A stretch of DNA of 63,527 bases, filler included, from Octopus bimaculoides (Eukaryota), in assembly GCF_001194135.2 (NCBI RefSeq). It is 5 parts of 5 records of this genome, joined end to end, with 100 filler letters (N's around TTAATTAATTAA, not from the genome) between each part and the next. Parts side by side here need not be neighbours in the genome. Positions count along the whole stretch, not along the records: positions 1 to 15,962 come from NC_069003.1; positions 16,063 to 29,826 come from NC_069000.1; 3 more parts are not named here. One strand, 5' to 3'. Below the pieces are notes generated by a model. It worked only from the letters and a program-made list of their open reading frames with translations. It was not told where the DNA came from and made no database searches. Of the stretch, positions 13,784 through 25,547 are shown piece after piece; position 1 is the stretch's first letter, and each line of letters begins with the position of its first letter. The translations under genes were made by a program, and so were the position numbers.

Positions 13784-13856
13784 GTGAGTTTAGCTCAATC
13801 GGTCGAGCATCGTGACGCGTAATCACGGGGATGTGAGTTCGAGTCCACAGCTAACC
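13784..13856 (+). pseudogene. tRNA-like cloverleaf, probable tRNA-Thr(CGT) pseudogene or isolated tRNA-derived head
   Basis: D stem GCTC/GAGC; anticodon stem CGTGA/TCACG with 7-nt loop CGCGTAA; TTCGAGT T loop; 6 of 7 acceptor pairs; T6 at 13865-13870. Defects: G at position 33 and a 1-nt deletion in the T stem. Confidence 0.6.
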
Positions 13857-15379
13857 ACCTAAACTTTTTTCTGCAAAATAGGGGTAGCTTTTATATAAGG
13901 GTATATATTTATATATTTTAGCATTATTAACCCTGAAATGCAGTGAGGTGGCAGATTTGTTTGCCCAGCGTATAAAACGCTAGACATCTTTTTTTTCTGT
14001 TTTTACTTTCTGACTTCAAATTCATTAGAAGTCGACTTTGTTTTTTAAACCTTTCCAAGTCGATGAAATAACTACTAAATGAACATCGAAGTCAATATAT
14101 TTGACTCGCCACTTTCCCCAAATGTCAGGCTTTTATCTAAAGAAGAAAGGATTAATACTCTTTGGTTCTTTTAAATCCTCCAAGAGTGTCAGCATTCTAT
14201 TTTCAAGATGCAAAGGGGTGTGCACATATGCTGAGTAGTGTAAGAAGCAGAGAAAAGTTTAAATTTATTGGATTACATTTGACTGTGTATCTTTGAATTT
14301 TGCAGCAAACCTATAAATATAATCGCACAAAAGGCATTTATAGGAGCAGAGCGACAGAACAGACACAGTAACAATCCATTGAGGTGTTAGAACTAGAAAT
14401 CAAATCTTAACCGACCAACTGAGTCGGTAAATAAAGATTGAAGTACGATGGCTGGATCGCTTTTGACAATAAAATTGTTCACCCAAAACTGACAGCATTG
14501 ACAACAACAAAAGCAACAAAAAGAAAAAATAAATAACGACAAGACAACTCGATTTAGAATGAAAAACATGTGGGGGTATCTGGGTAAAGTTGTTCACTCA
14601 GGCTGATAGAGAGAACAGAGATATCCGGATTGAATAATAGTGATATTCCTCTCAACAGCACACAATCTTTGCTACAACAAGCGATGACATAGTGCATGAT
14701 ATAATTCCTAAATGTGCTGCGCCTGGCATCAAAAAAAAAAGAAAGAAAAAAAAGGTGGGGCGGAAAAAAAAGACTAACTTTTCACAGCTGGAATCCCTTT
14801 GATCATGGTTCTGTCAGATCAGTGTTGACCTATTGCTAATCAACAACAACAACTGTGACCTTTCCACACATTGGATTGGCAACTGTTATTTGATTTCATA
14901 TAATAAAAATGTGAATAACTTAATATGTTACAGCGAGTGTGCATTTTGTAATATCGTCTTTGAAGTAGGAACATATTGAAAACACCTCCGAAGAATTAAT
15001 TACGTTGGGCTATAATTCTCCATAATTCTTAAAGAAAACAGCGTCTTTGTCGGTTAGATCAACTTAGGGAGGAAGTGTTTTGTGGAGTCGTTGGAGCAGC
15101 TAGAAATTACAGTTAAATTTACTTCTAATATACACTAATGTCTTAGAAGTGAGACACTACAAAATCGTGTGGTCCCGAAGAACAAAGGTAAAAGCGGTGC
15201 CATTAAGACTCGAATATATTTGTCTAACGTTCTGGTGAATCAGGGTGAACCACAGAATAAACGCCCTCGTTTGTTTAACGTTCGGTTCGTGAAGAAAATA
15301 GATAAGGACAAAATTGAAATATTAAAAACTCACCCAGCATATTAAAAGAATTAATTGAAAATCCTAGATACACGCATAA

Positions 15380-15928
15380 CAGTTTCGAATTTTAGCACAG
15401 GTTAGCAATTTTAGAGGAAGGACTAGTCGATTAAATAGAATGTAAGACAAAGTCGATATCGGCGTAATTTGAAATCAGAACGTAAAGACGGAAGAAATGC
15501 CACTAAACTTTTTTGCTCGGCGCGCTCAAAATTCGGCAACTTCGATAAATATATATTTCTTTTTACTCTAGGCACAAGGCTGGAGAAATTTGGGCAGGGG
15601 GCCAGTCGATTAGATCGACTCGAGTACGCAGCTGGTACTTAATTTATCGACGCCGAAAGGATTAAAGGTAAAGCCGACCTCGGCGGAATTTGAACTCAGA
15701 ACGTAAAGACAGACGAAATACCGCCAAGCATTTCACCCGGCATGCTAACGTTTCTACCAGCTCGCCGTCTTTCGATTACTATATATTACTGCCATGTAAT
15801 ATATGTATGTATACATATTTTCATATATATTCATTATCAAAGAATAATAAAACTTTACTCTACCAAATGTATTGAGCAATCTTTGAATTTCATGTTAAAC
15901 TGCTTTTACTGTAACATAAATACAAACA

Positions 15929-15962
<34 letters not shown>

Positions 15963-17700
15963 NNNNNNNNNNNNNNNNNNNNNNNNNNNNNNNNNNNNNN
16001 NNNNNNTTAATTAATTAANNNNNNNNNNNNNNNNNNNNNNNNNNNNNNNNNNNNNNNNNNNNTTTTTTTTTTTTTTTTTTGTAGCTGTATAAGTACCTTG
16101 GCGTATATTGGATAGAACTGGGAGAATCATGGGCACGCCGGGCGAAATGCTTAGAGGTATTTCGTCCGCCGTTATGTTCTGAGTTCAAATTCCGCCGAGG
16201 TCGACTTTGCTCTTCATCCCTTTCGGGGTCGATAAATTAAGTACCAGATGATCACTGGGGGCGATATAATAGACTTAACCCTCCTCCGAAAATCCTGGTC
16301 TTGTGCCAAAAACTGAAACCATTTAAGATGGCGAGTTTGCAGAATCGTTATCACGCCGGGCGAAATGCTTAACTATATTTCATCCATCATTACGTTCTGA
16401 GTTCAAATTCCACCGAGGTCGAGTTTTGCTTTTCATCTCTTTCGGGGTCGATAAATCAAGTACCAGTTGAGTACTGGGTTCGATGTAATCATCTTAGCTT
16501 CTCTTGGGTATGAGTATATAAAAAAAAGAACTGCACCCCTCTGCCAAGCCATGGTGGGCCAGTGTGGCAGAGTAGGCTTATCAAACTCGTAATTAGCCTC
16601 ATTGGAAACAGTAATTGTCTGACTTCAACATGTGATTTTGCGGAAAGAGCTCTACCTGTCTGTCTCAGATACTGCAACAACTTGGGCTTGAAGGGCCCTC
16701 CTCGGTTGTTCAATATCATAGATAACAGGGGGGGATTTACATAGATCGAGGAGGGGAATCAGTGGATGTAAACGTCCTCAAGAAAATCTTTGACATCTTT
16801 TGTCCAAGATCCTAGGTGAGCCTGTATTACAACTAGAAACTCAAATGAAGGCAGCAATAGCAAACACATTCACACATCAAAAGCCAACCACTTAAGAATG
16901 ACCATTGAAAAGGTGGTAAAAATGGTGATGCCCCAGGATAGCCACGGTCTTTAGGCTAGCACAGATAAAGGATTAAAAGAATGATTTTCAGAATTTTCTA
17001 TAGATATGAAACCTATAAACTCTATATTATAATTTATTATTTATTTATGCGCCTTTTTCAAGCCTAGCCAGGCTTCGTGGGCCCGGTTTCTATGGCGCGA
17101 GTCAGCTGCCCTAACCACTTGGCCATTGCACCACCCTATATTATAATATATAAACTATATTATTTTTTTTATACTTAAACAATAGCCTTTATACGAAGAA
17201 GTAAACACAGTCAAGAGACTAAATTAGTTATGGCGCTGTTTTATCGATGTCTTAAAAATTAAATATTCTTTTCTACTTTTGGCACAAGACCCGAAATTTT
17301 GCGGGAGAGGGCCAGTCGATTAGATCGGCCCCCAGTACGCAATTGGTACTTAGTTCATCGATCCCGAAAGGATGAGAGGCAAAGTCGACCTCGGCGGAAT
17401 TTGAACTCAGAACGTAAAGACAGACGAAATACCGCTAAGCATTTCGCCCGGCGTGCTAACGTTTCTTATTTCTTTACTGCCCACAAGGAGCTAAACACAG
17501 AGGGGACAAACAAGGACAGACAAACGGATCAAGTCGATTATATCGACTCCAGTGCATAACTGGTACTTATTTAATCGACCCCGAAAGGATGAAAGGCAAA
17601 GTCAACCTCGGCGGAATTTGAACTCAGAACGTGGAAGGCAGACGAATTACCGCTAAGCATTTCGCCCGGCTTGCTAACGTTTCTGCCAGCTCGTCACCTT
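15380..17700. mobile_element. three SINE family B tandem dimers: 15380-15772 minus, 16110-16495 plus, 17270-17700 minus
   Basis: Repeated family B consensus with CpGs largely intact. Confidence 0.9.
15963..16062. other. assembly join cassette N44-TTAATTAATTAA-N44
   Basis: Exactly 100 bp; identical cassettes at 29827, 46103 and 53840. Confidence 0.95.
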
Positions 17701-18038
17701 TGAAAAATTATTTTGAAATTAACAGAACTCGAGCACACACACACACACACACACATATGACACGACTGGATGTTATATGAGTCAAGCCTCACAATTTCCA
17801 CCATCGCCTTGCAATGTCTAATCAGTTAGATGTGCGACCGAATGTTCCATGTGGGTAAAAATCACACTATTCCTGCAAGAGATTATCGATATCCTTTAAT
17901 AAACTCTTCGAAAACAAGTTTCAGCTAACGTATTATTTAGACTACTAGTCTATCTGCCAAAGGGATCAGCGGTTTGTATCTTCTGTGCGTGCATGCGCAT
18001 ACGAACTGATGCTTGTGTGTATCAGGACTTAGAACAAA

Positions 18039-18167
18039 TATTAGGTTGAGAAAATAGTTCGTGCGCCGTGTTAAAATAATGCCTTTTCATATATATTTTT
18101 GTGGTGTGTGTGTGTCCATTCAGTTCATTATTTTAACATGGTGCATGAACTTTTTCCTCAACCTAGT
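18039..18167. mobile_element. mariner-type MITE
   Basis: Imperfect TIRs TATTAGGTTGAGAAAATAGTTCGTGC and GCATGAACTTTTTCCTCAACCTAGT. Confidence 0.6.
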
Positions 18168-18587
18168 TTTTATATAAAATTTGTTTCTCCAAATAGCGGT
18201 TAAATCTGATATAAGATGTCTCCAAAAGAAATGATTTTTTTTTTCAGCCGATCAAAATAGGAAGAGTTATTTCCCCATAGAACTTGTAAGCTACATAGTT
18301 ATTTCCCTTACATCACATAACGCTGTTTTGATTAATCGCGTACACGTAACCGTATGATGTTACGATTAGAGTAACTTAAGATGGCGAGCTGGCAGAATCG
18401 TTAAAAAGCCGGTCGAAATGCTTAGCGGCTTTTCGTCCGTCTTTACGTTCTGAATTCAGATTCCACCGAGGTAGCCTTTGACTTTCATTTTTTCGTAGTC
18501 GATAAAATAAATACCAGTTTAGCAACGAGGTCGATGTAATCGCTTTGCTCCCATCACCATACTGGCTGGTCTTGACAGTATTACGAT

Positions 18588-18709
18588 CACTGTTGTAGCT
18601 GGGGGAGGTTGGTTTGCAGGGGGCGGTCCGCCCCTGGTGGCACTTTTGGTTCTGCTGTAGGCAAATGGAAGGGCCACCGCGGGCGGCACACACTCTAGCT
18701 ACACCAGTG
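18588..18709. mobile_element. GC-rich MITE with 15-bp TIRs
   Basis: CACTGTTGTAGCTGG and CTAGCTACACCAGTG are inverted repeats. A related end occurs at about 20600-20640. No clear TSD. Confidence 0.5.
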
Positions 18710-19074
18710 ATTAAATCATAGTATTTAAAAGGAAGCGAGATGACAAAANNNNNNNNNNNNNNNNNNNNNNNNNNNNNNNNNNNNNNNNNNNNNNNNNNNN
18801 NNNNNNNNNNNNNNNNNNNNNNNNNNNNNNNNNNNNNNNNNNNNNNNNNNNNNNNNNNNNNNNNNNNNNNNNNNNNNNNATTCCACCGAGGTAGCCTTTG
18901 ACTTTCATTTTTTCGTAGTCGATAAAATAAATACCAGTTTAGCAACGAGGTCGATGTAATCGACTTACTCACTCCCAAAAATGTGCTGGCCTTGAGCTAA
19001 AATTTGAAATCAGTATTATGAGAGTACGGAAAGACAGCGAGCAGTCAGAATCATTAAGTATTCTAGACAAAATA

Positions 19075-19303
19075 TTGAGTTGTCCGGAAAGTTCGTACCG
19101 ATTTTTAAAGGAAAGAAAAAGGTCAATAAATACTTGCCATTACATTTTTAATCAACCAAATATGAACCATTTTGTTGCACAATGCGTCTCCATCTTTCCT
19201 TTAACTTGAAAAATACCCTCTTTCCAGAATTGAGGTGGTTTCATGGCAAATAAGTCGAAAGGTAAGCTACTATAAATCGGCACGAACTTTCCAGACAACC
19301 CAA
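19075..19303. mobile_element. Tc1/mariner MITE inserted in a family B SINE, TA TSD
   Basis: 30-bp TIRs TTGAGTTGTCCGGAAAGTTCGTACCGATTT and AAATCGGCACGAACTTTCCAGACAACCCAA (3 mismatches), flanked by TA. Removing the element restores the SINE sequence ACAAAATACTTAGCGGC. Confidence 0.85.
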
Positions 19304-19436
19304 TACTTAGCGGCATTTCGTATGGCTTTACGTTCTGATTTCAAATTCCACCGAGGTCAGCTGTACTTTTTATTAGGAAATTACTATTTGTAAATCTCAC
19401 AACGACAGATATTCAGCAACAGTACTTTGGAGTAAA

Positions 19437-19582
19437 GAATATTTGCCAGCATAACATGGCAGTCCTGGTTTAGGACGAATGTTGCTGTAATTTAGCCCCA
19501 GCTGGAGACGATGTCTCCTGGGGCTAAATTACAGTAACATTAGTCCTAAACCAGGACTGCCATGTTATGTTGACAAATATTC
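19437..19582. repeat. 146-nt near-perfect inverted repeat (65-bp arms)
   Basis: Arms 19437-19501 and 19518-19582 differ at 4 positions; inner stem GAGAC/GTCTC. Confidence 0.95.
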
Positions 19583-20934
19583 TGTACTTTTTATGTTTTC
19601 AGGGTCGATAAAATACCAGTTAAACACTGGGGTCAGTAGAATCAATTAGCCCTTCAACCCAAATTTCGGGCCCTATGCCTACAGTAGAAAGAAATATTAT
19701 GATCGCATTTAAAAGACGGCGAACTGGCCGAATCGCTGGCGTGCCGGGCGAAATGCTTCAGGGTCGATAAAATAAGTACCAGTTGAGCACTGGGATCGAT
19801 TTAATCGACTCGCCCCTTTCCCTAAAATTGCTGGCCTTGTGCCAAAATAAGAAAGGATATTATTATAGTGGTTGCTAGTTACAAATACCAGCCTTTCTAN
19901 NNNNNNNNNNNNNNNNNNNNNNNNNNNNNNNNNNNNNNNNNNNNNNNNNNNNNNNNNNNNNNNNNNNNNNNNNNNNNNNNNNNNNNNNNNNNNNNNNNNN
20001 NNNNNNNNNNNNNNNNNNNNNNNNNNNNNNNNNNNNNNNNNNNNNNNNNNNNNNNNTTATGAGAGTAGTAAAACGTGGCGAGCTGGCTAGATTGTTAGCA
20101 CACCGGATAAAATGCTTAGCGGCATTTCGTCCGTCATTACGTACTGAGTTCAAATTCCGCCGGAGTCGATTTTGCCTTTCATCCATTCGCAGATGAATGC
20201 CCTCCCCTCAAATTTCAGACCTATTATGATAGTATTTAAAAAGCCGCGTGTTGGACAAAATGCTTAATGGCATTTCTTCCAACTTTATGTCCATATCCTG
20301 AGTTCAAATTCCGCCGAGGCTGAGGTAGCCTTTCATCCTTTCGGGGTCGATAAAATAAGTACCAGTTGAGCACTGGGATCGATTTAATCGACTCGCCCCT
20401 TTCCCTAAAATTGCTGGCCTTGTGCCAAAATAAGAAAGGATATTATTATAGTGGTTGCTAGTTACAAATACCAGCCTTTCTATGTTTTATTCCTTACATA
20501 TTCCTGAAATATGAATATACACCATTACCTATTTTTCAATCTTCGATCACATTGCTTACATAGACGTATTTGTATTCGTGGTAAGGTATAAATTCTAAGG
20601 CCGCCCCGAACGACACACACACGCTCTAGCTACGTCACTACCCGTATTTGTAACCATGAATCATGGGTAGTGGCTGAAAGAGCTTGATCTCAAATACTAA
20701 GGCCTGAAATGAGATTCCTCTAAAGTGTCGCTGGGGTAATGTTACTCAACACGGAGACCTTAAAACTGGCAACATACCAATCTTGTCCGTTTCAGCAGCT
20801 ATAGAAAATCTCCAACGAATACAGGCATAGCAGTGTGGTTAAGATGTTCGATTTGCAGCCTTGAGATTCTCGGTTCGATCCCCTGGCCCGACTAATTCCA
20901 TACGTATGTATGTATGTATGTATGTATGTATGTA

Positions 20935-21427
20935 CAAGATGGAATCAAAAAGTTCCTGGACTAGTTCTGTAGTGCGCCAACAGATGGTAGCATACGGTTG
21001 CGTGCGCATTGAGAACTAGCAGTGATCTCTACGAGGCAGTGTGCCGAGTGACATCGCTATGTATGTATGTATGTATGTATGCACGCATATGTGTGGTGGG
21101 GTGCGTGCGTGCTTTCTGTAGAGCGCCAACAGATGGCAGCACATGGTTGCGTGCGCAGTTAGAGCTAGCAATGACCTCCATGAGGCAGTGTGCCGTGCGA
21201 CATCGCTGTGCTTACTTCGCAAGTTGTGAAATTTGTGTTTTTGTGATCACGTGTAAGCTGTAGTCTGCGATTTGGTCATAGACAGGAATAAAGAACAAAC
21301 GTGGAATTTTGTTTCAAAGTTGGGGAGTCTGCTTTAGAAACATTGAGCATGTTTCGGCAAGCTTACGGCGACGAGGCAATGGGTCGTACGCAATGTTTCG
21401 AGTGGCACAGACGCTTCAAAAATTGAG
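20935..21427 (+). mobile_element. mariner (Mos1-like) transposon 5' end with N-terminal transposase remnant; remainder in the gap
   Basis: TA followed by TIR-like CAAGATGGAATCAAAAAGTTCCTGGACT. Bases 21278-21426 translate, with one frameshift, to NVEFCFKVGESALETLSMFRQAYGDEAMGRTQCFEWHRRFKN, the mariner N-terminal HTH. Confidence 0.85.
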
Positions 21428-22482
21428 NNNNNNNNNNNNNNNNNNNNNNNNNNNNNNNNNNNNNNNNNNNNNNNNNNNNNNNNNNNNNNNNNNNNNNNNN
21501 NNNNNNNNNNNNNNNNNNNNNNNNNNNNNNNNNNNNNNNNNNNNNNNNNNNNNNNNNNNNNNNNNNNNNNNNNNNNNNNNNNNNNNNNNNNNNNNNNNNN
21601 NNNNNNNNNNNNNNNNNNNNNNNNNNNNNNNNNNNNNNNNNNNNNNNNNNNNNNNNNNNNNNNNNNNNNNNNNNNNNNNNNNNNNNNNNNNNNNNNNNNN
21701 NNNNNNNNNNNNNNNNNNNNNNNNNNNNNNNNNNNNNNNNNNNNNNNNNNNNNNNNNNNNNNNNNNNNNNNNNNNNNNNNNNNNNNNNNNNNNNNNNNNN
21801 NNNNNNNNNNNNNNNNNNNNNNNNNNNNNNNNNNNNNNNNNNNNNNNNNNNNNNNNNNNNNNNNNNNNNNNNNNNNNNNNNNNNNNNNNNNNNNNNNNNN
21901 NNNNNNNNNNNNNNNNNNNNNNNNNNNNNNNNNNNNNNNNNNNNNNNNNNNNNNNNNNNNNNNNNNNNNNNNNNNNNNNNNNNNNNNNNNNNNNNNNNNN
22001 NNNNNNNNNNNNNNNNNNNNNNNNNNNNNNNNNNNNNNNNNNNNNNNNNNNNNNNNNNNNNNNNNNNNNNNNNNNNNNNNNNNNNNNNNNNNNNNNNNNN
22101 NNNNNNNNNNNNNNNNNNNNNNNNNNNNNNNNNNNNNNNNNNNNNNNNNNNNNNNNNNNNNNNNNNNNNNNNNNNNNNNNNNNNNNNNNNNNNNNNNNNN
22201 NNNNNNNNNNNNNNNNNNNNNNNNNNNNNNNNNNNNNNNNNNNNNNATATATATATATATATATAACCATTAATCAATTATGTGGAACGTCATCAAATCA
22301 ATGTGTTGCAAATACAGTTTTGCGGGAATAACCACGTGACTGAAACTCAAGAACTCAAGAACCTTGAAGCAGAGCTTCTACAAACAGCTAGCATCGTAAA
22401 ATTTAAAATGCAGTAATTTCCGGCATTGCCTGAAACGTAACATCACACTCCTTAAAAACTCAAACAAAAGCGTCTCATTTTC

Positions 22483-22650
22483 AGAAAAGACAAAATGAAA
22501 CTGTGGCAACTAGACAAAGCCACGAAGCTTAAATTAGATAAGAAAATACTGTGTGTAGCCAAACGCAAACCATATATAACACTTAACGATCTCAAAACGC
22601 GATTCTCTAGAAACTCCCAATGTAGGCTTATAAACACGAGCTTGTGAAAA
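22483..22650 (+). mobile_element. possible Tc1 transposase remnant
   Basis: KATKLKLDKKILCVAKRKPYITLNDLK resembles the Tc1/Tc3 DRxIxRxAKxNPFIT segment. Highly degenerate. Confidence 0.35.
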
Positions 22651-22949
22651 TCCGCAAGCAAATATTAAACCGCATTGATAATCTAATTAGAAATGCTATT
22701 TAATTGCAGCATTGGAATATTAACATGCACAGTAGTCCGTTAGCTGAGCAATATCAGCTATAAAATTATCTGATCCAGTTTGGTATTATTGAATTCTACC
22801 TGTTATTTGCAGCGTGGTCGAATAATCAAGCGCTACAATAAGACACTGCTTTTCGACGGTGATTCTGCGCGGGAAAAGGACACTAACGACCTCTTTGATG
22901 CTATTTATGAGCCTCTTTGACGGAGCGGAAGCTGGTGATATAGTTAGGC

Positions 22950-23160
22950 CATTTATCCTACGTAAGTTAAAATCTACAGGTAACAATATCAAAAAAAGTG
23001 GTAGGGAGTTCCACAACAGGAGTCGATCAATAAAATATATTTTTGTTAAAAGTAAAGTGCGATTAATTGCTGTTATTTCTAGGGAACACCAAATAGTTCG
23101 ACATTTTTAAAATATAATTATGAATAACATTTAATTATAAATATATAATGGAATTTTTTA
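22950..23160 (-). mobile_element. possible CR1/L2-group LINE 3' remnant
   Basis: FIDRLLLWNSLP motif on the minus strand. Confidence 0.3.
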
Positions 23161-23259
23161 AAACATCGAACGGCTGTGAGGGTCCATTGGAGTAAAATAG
23201 GGATCAAAGGGGTCTAGAGATACAAAAATGGTCAAGAAAAACTTGTCTAAACGGGAACA

Positions 23260-24000
23260 TTCTTCTTCTCCTTCTTTTCCTCCTTTGTCTCCTCTCTTCC
23301 TTCTTCTCCTTCTCCTCCTTTCTCTTCTCCTTCTCTTTTCTCTCCTCTTCCTCCTTTCTCGCCTCCTCCCCTTCTTCTCCTCCTTTTCTTCCTTTCTCTC
23401 CTCACCTTCTTCTCTTCATCCTTTCTCTTCTCCTCCTCTTCTTCACTTTCTCCTTTCTATCTTCCTCCTCTTCTCCTTCTTTCTCTCCTCCTCCCTTTTC
23501 CTTCTCCTCCTTTCTCTTTCTCCTTCTCCTTTTTCTCCTTCTTCCCTTCTCTTCCTTTTCCTCCTTTCTCTCCTCTTCTCCTTCTTCTTTTCCTTCTTTC
23601 TCTCCTTCTCTTCCTTCCTCTTCTCCTCCTTTCTTGTTTTCTTCCTGTCTCTCCTCCCCTCCTTCTCCTTTTCCTTTTCCTTCTTCTTCTTCTTCTTCTT
23701 CTTCTTCTTCTTCTTCTTCTTCTTCTTCTTCTTCTTCTTCTTCTTCTTCTTCTTCTTCTTCTTCTTCTTCTTCTTCTTCTTCTTCTTCTTCTTCTTCTTC
23801 TTCTTCTTCTTTCTCCTACTTTCTCTTCTCTTCCCATTCTTCACCTTCACCTCCCTTCTCTTTCTTTCCCCCCTTTCTCTCCTCTTTCCTCCTTTCTCTC
23901 CTCCTTCCCTTCTCTTTCCTTTCCTCCTTTCTTTCCTCCCTCCTTCCCTCCCTCCCTCCTCTTTCTCACGTAGTCTTATATTTAGATCTGTTCCATTCTG
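23260..24000. repeat. about 740-bp polypyrimidine tract with a (TTC)43 core at 23681-23810
   Basis: Directly visible; explains the poly-F/K/R/S ORFs. Confidence 0.95.
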
Positions 24001-24486
24001 CAATTGTCCTTATGTCGATCTTCCCACTCGTTCTTCCTTCTCACTCCATACTAAATTCACTTAACATAGCTTTCACTACTTCCATCTCACCCCACCTGAT
24101 CTGGCATCTATTAGAAAACCTATCTTTCCTCTTCTTAATTCTATTTCTCCCTACATCACTCTTCTCCCATACTATTTACTTTTGCCTTTTACCTTTTCTC
24201 TTCATAACTATCACTGCAAACAATTCTATCGCTTCTTTTTCTTAATCACTTACCCGTAAACGTAGTATCAGCTTCTACATTAGTTCTCTCTTTGAAAAAG
24301 AACAAATCTCCGAAACGTAAATTTTTTGTTCATCGTGGCAAAATAAATCACTGTTTTTTTCCTCGATCTATACATAACTGCTAGAAGCTGAATCGATGCG
24401 TTTTATAATTTATGCTCTACATTAAGCACATCTCGTTGCAAACACGAGAAATAGTCCCCCAGGAAAAGGACATTACATTTTCTTTT

Positions 24487-24959
24487 ATGACGGACTTATA
24501 TACTGTTTCCGTTGACCAAATCTGCTCACAAGGCTTTGGTCGGATCGGAACTATAGTAGAAGAACTTGCTCAAGGTGCCACGCAGTGGGACTGAACTCGG
24601 AACCATGTGGTTGGGAAGCAAATCTCTTGTCACACAGCATTTAGGCGCAGGTGTAGCTGTGTTGTAAGAAGCTTGCTTCCCAACCTCATGGTTCTGAGTT
24701 CAGTCCCACTGCGTGGCACCTTGGGCAAATGTCATTTACTATAGCCACGGGCTGACCAAAGCCTTGTGAATGGATTTGGTAGACAGAAACTGAAANNNNN
24801 NNNNNNNNNNNNNNNNNNNNNNNNNNNNNNNNNNNNNNNNNNNNNNNNNNNNNNNNNNNNNNNNNNNNNNNNNNNNNNNNNNNNNNNNNNNNNNNNNNNN
24901 NNNNNNNNNNNNNNNNNNNNNNNNNNNNNNNNNNNNNNNNNNNNNNNNNNNNNNNNNNN

Positions 24960-25021
<62 letters not shown>

Positions 25022-25225
25022 TTTGTCTCTGTATGCGTCCCGCACCACCGCTTGACAAGCGGTGCTGGTGTGTTTGCGTCCCTGTAACTTTGCGGTTCAA
25101 CAAAAGAAACCGACAAAATAAGTATCATGCTTTAACGAATAAATCCTGGAGTCGATTCGCTCGACTAAAACCCTTCAGCATGGTCACAGTCAAAAGACTA
25201 AAACACGTTAAAGATAAAACATATT
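24487..25225. mobile_element. head-to-head pair of SINE family A copies (24487-24638 minus, 24643-25225 plus)
   Basis: Both match the family A 5' half; the arms are separated by 17 nt. Confidence 0.9.
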
Positions 25226-25547
25226 CATATAGACATGAGTATGTCATGAACATCTTGGTTGTAAGACCGTCCTTCATCGTCGTATGCGTTTTCTCTTGAC
25301 TACCAACATAATAACCAGCTACCATCCCTGAGGTAACTGGTACATTATCACACTATTACTTAGGTCTTCATTAAGCATCCTCGTCAAACCTAATGCTTCA
25401 TGACGTTCTTGGTTTTATCGAATAACTATTGTTCAATGAAACGATATTGTTCTCTGTGTGCAATAACAAATCATTAAAAAGAAGAAATGGCCGTTTTCTT
25501 GTCTGTTGACGTAATACAGTAGACTGGGAAGCATTTAATGAGATGCA

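Larger units (their letters stand above)
18375..20440 (+). mobile_element. run of about six plus-strand SINE family B copies with nested insertions
   Basis: Family B motifs at about 18375, 18880, 19030, 19715, 20070 and 20240. Confidence 0.85.

Noticed and set aside
15147-15187. VRHYKI resembles an SH2 motif, between ag and gtaaaa
   Set aside because: Six-residue match only, poor acceptor, no other SH2 parts.
16520-16800. GGPFKPKLLQYLRQTGRALS...LLFPMRL, faintly like a CRE/NeSL endonuclease C-terminus
   Set aside because: Similarity too weak and catalytic motifs not recognisable.
15380-20450. Regularly recurring motifs resembling a CRISPR or integron array
   Set aside because: These are diverged eukaryotic SINE copies in both orientations, with no constant repeat or spacer length and no cas genes.
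21309-22331. 340-aa and similar long ORFs (also 61366-62620 and 9855-10557)
   Set aside because: Made almost entirely of N-gap codons.
23228-24245. 278/203/186-aa low-complexity ORFs
   Set aside because: Translations of the polypyrimidine and (TTC)n tract.
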